A stretch of 64,000 nucleotides of DNA. Source: Octopus bimaculoides. Lineage: Eukaryota. The stretch is from NCBI RefSeq assembly GCF_001194135.2, contig NC_068990.1:61214858-61278857 (forward strand). The letters are read 5' to 3'. Both the position numbers and the translations under genes were made by a program. The notes under the pieces were generated by a model. It had not been told where the DNA came from and did no database searches. It saw only the letters and a program-made list of their open reading frames with translations. Shown one piece after another: positions 61,835 through 64,000 of this stretch (the first letter of the stretch is position 1; every line of letters begins with the position of its first letter).

Positions 61835-62370
61835 TATCATCATCATCCTCCTCATTTAACATCCATTTTCCATGTTGGAATGGGCTGGACGGTTTGACTG
61901 AAAACTGGTAAGCTGGGGAGTTGCACCAGGTTGCGGTCTGTTTTGGTATGCTTTCTACAATTACAAAACACCAGTATCAGCCACGACTGCGATCTCACTT
62001 GGCTTGACTGGTCTTTTCAGTCTCAGTCACTTGTCACTGCCCCTGTGAGGCCCGAAATTCGAAGGGTGCTTTTTATGAGCCAGTTACACGACACTGGCAT
62101 TGACCATGACTATGATTTCACTTGGCTTGATGGGTCTTCTCAAGCATAGCATATTGCCCAACATTCAAAGGGTGCTTCTTACATGCCACCGGCACAATTG
62201 CCAGTCACACAACATTGACCACCATGGTGATTTCACTTGACTTGATGGGTTTTCTCAAGAATGGCATATTGCCAAGGGGCTCGACCACTTGTCATGCCTG
62301 TGAGGCCCAACATTTGAAGACCATGCTTCACCACCTCATCCCATGTCTTTCTGAGTCTACCTCTTCCACA
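61835..62370 (-). mobile_element. RTE-clade LINE 3' fragment
   Basis: CGRGRLRKTWDEVVKHGLQMLGLTGMTSGRAPWQYAILEKP, then a 3' UTR with about three tandem sub-repeats (GATTTCACTTGGCTTGATGGGTCTTCTCAAG-type) and an (ATG)n tail. Confidence 0.75.
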
Positions 62371-62384
62371 CATGTGTATATATA

Positions 62385-63120
62385 CAGGGTGCTATGGGTA
62401 AATTGTCACCATTTTATATTCTTAATTTTGTTGACTACACAGTATAGAAGGGTCAGTTGGGTACCATCTGTGAAAAAAAAACAGCACCATGACACAATTC
62501 ACTCTGCCAGAAATTTGAAAACTACATGCTGCACTGCTTGGCATTTGTGCCAGAAGCTCCAATATGAACATTTCAGAGTATTTGAGTGTCAATCTGAGGG
62601 CAGTGCAGAGGATCTGGAAAGAGCTGGATGTGTCTAATGGTGATTACATAGGCACAGCAACTTGGAAAACTCACTCTGATTGTTCTAATAAAAGTACTCC
62701 TGAATTTGTTGGTGAAATCCAGGCCATGGTTGACAATGATCCCTCCAGTCATGGCTGTCAGACAATTTCTGCGAGCACATCAACCCTAACATCTGGCCAC
62801 CTAACTCCCCAGACTGCAACCCCCATCATTAGTATGCGTGGGGTGCAGTTGATCAAGAGACTTACAAAACTCCTTGTAACACCAAAGAGGAACTGAAGGC
62901 AAGGATTATGGCAGCATTCAACAACTTAAACACGAAGACTGTCCAGAAGAGTTACAGGAGATTCTGAAGTTGTCTGGAGGCCATGGTTGAAGCCAATATA
63001 AATTTATTCTTAGTCTTTCAAGATGTTATGCAATTTTGGTAGATATATCTGTTAAAATGAGATGTCAGTATTATTTTCATTTTTGCGTAATTTAAACGAT
63101 AGTTCATTCACTGCACCTTG
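62385..63120 (+). mobile_element. Internally deleted Tc1/maT-like DNA transposon
   Basis: TA|CAGGGTGC...GCACCTTG|TA. HTH segment SEYLSVNLRAVQRIWKEL is joined directly to WLSDNFCEHINPNIWPPNSPDCNP and EELKARIMAAFNNLN...LEAMVEAN, with most of the catalytic core missing. Confidence 0.75.
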
Positions 63121-64000
63121 TATATACATGCACACAAATCTATATACATAGAAAAAAACTGTTAAAGTTTAGTGACAGGAAGAACATCCAGCAATACCCC
63201 AATAATGTATTCCTCTAACTGATGCTGGTGCCTATTTTCCTGTGATAGCATGTAAAAACATAAAAATAAAAGAAATTAAACATATATACAGATATATATA
63301 CATACATTTCTGAGGATCTTTTATCAACTCTGCACTGATTGTAAATTTGACAAGGATTTTGTTCAAGTCAAAGCTAAGAAGTTTGTTTCCCAACCATATG
63401 AATCTGGGTTCAGTCCCATTGTGTGACACCTTGGGCAAGTGTTTTCTACTATAGCCTCAGGAACAATCAAAGCCTGTGGGTGGACTTGGCAGAAGGAAAC
63501 TGAAAGAAGCTCATTAGCATGTGTATCTGAGTAATTTTGTCTGTGTTTTTTCCCCACCGCTGTTTGACAACCTGTACTGTCAAGTGGTGGAGGTAGGAGT
63601 GGGATAACAACTTCCTAAACAAATTAAGCCTGCACTAGTGTCTTACCTAGTAGAGTACTTTAAGCCACACAATAATTAATCTGTCACCCAATTTACAACC
63701 ACAAACTAGATCTTGGGTTCTTTAGTAGAGCCTACATGTTGCAAGCATTCAGGCCAGATTTAATGTTCTCTGAATAACATACTTCCTTCCTGGCAGTCTG
63801 AAAAGTTTGCCAGGCATTGAACTTCTTCCTCTCATTTAGCCACAAAAGAAAAGTAAAAGAAAAATGCATGTATTCTGTTACTGGAATGCAACTATATTGG
63901 AGAATGACATTTGAGGGTTTTAATTGATTACACAAACCTCAGTACATATTACAGTCTACTATTGATTTGATCCATCTCCGTTTACTGAATGGCAAAGCAC

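Noticed and set aside
5440-63580. Minus-strand excess of SINE copies
   Set aside because: Family B is about 17 minus versus 9 plus by rough count, too few to separate from chance.
63635-63810. Minus-strand donor (CTAG|GTAAGA) as upstream exon of the claudin-like gene
   Set aside because: All three frames contain stops before the donor.
1-64000. CRISPR arrays, rRNA genes, prokaryotic operons
   Set aside because: None seen. The sequence is eukaryotic, intron-like and repeat-rich.

Overview
AT-rich, repeat-dense eukaryotic genomic DNA with about 12 N-gaps and many (TA)n/(CA)n/(GA)n tracts. The tRNA-derived SINE families and RTE-type tails resemble those I recall from Octopus (inference, no search run). 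Host-gene signal is sparse and on the minus strand: a 234-aa single-exon ORF of unknown function behind a clear splice acceptor (16459-17163), a probable terminal exon of a claudin/PMP22-like membrane protein (59568-59806) and a weak 54-nt exon candidate. Nearly all other ORFs in the track are microsatellite or SINE artefacts. Mobile DNA includes a fossil Ty3/Gypsy element with both LTRs (33718-40461), Penelope-like (PLE) remnants, a full-length dead mariner, an internally deleted Tc1/maT-like element, non-autonomous Helitrons, several MITEs and at least four SINE families. The two most unusual objects are (1) a tRNA-headed element carrying a minimal hammerhead-ribozyme motif, present as an inverted pair (12566-12992), and (2) a U6 snRNA-RTE LINE chimeric retrocopy, later split by a SINE, inside the Gypsy gag (38863-39659). 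Repeat boundaries are by eye and approximate unless a TSD or TIR is quoted.
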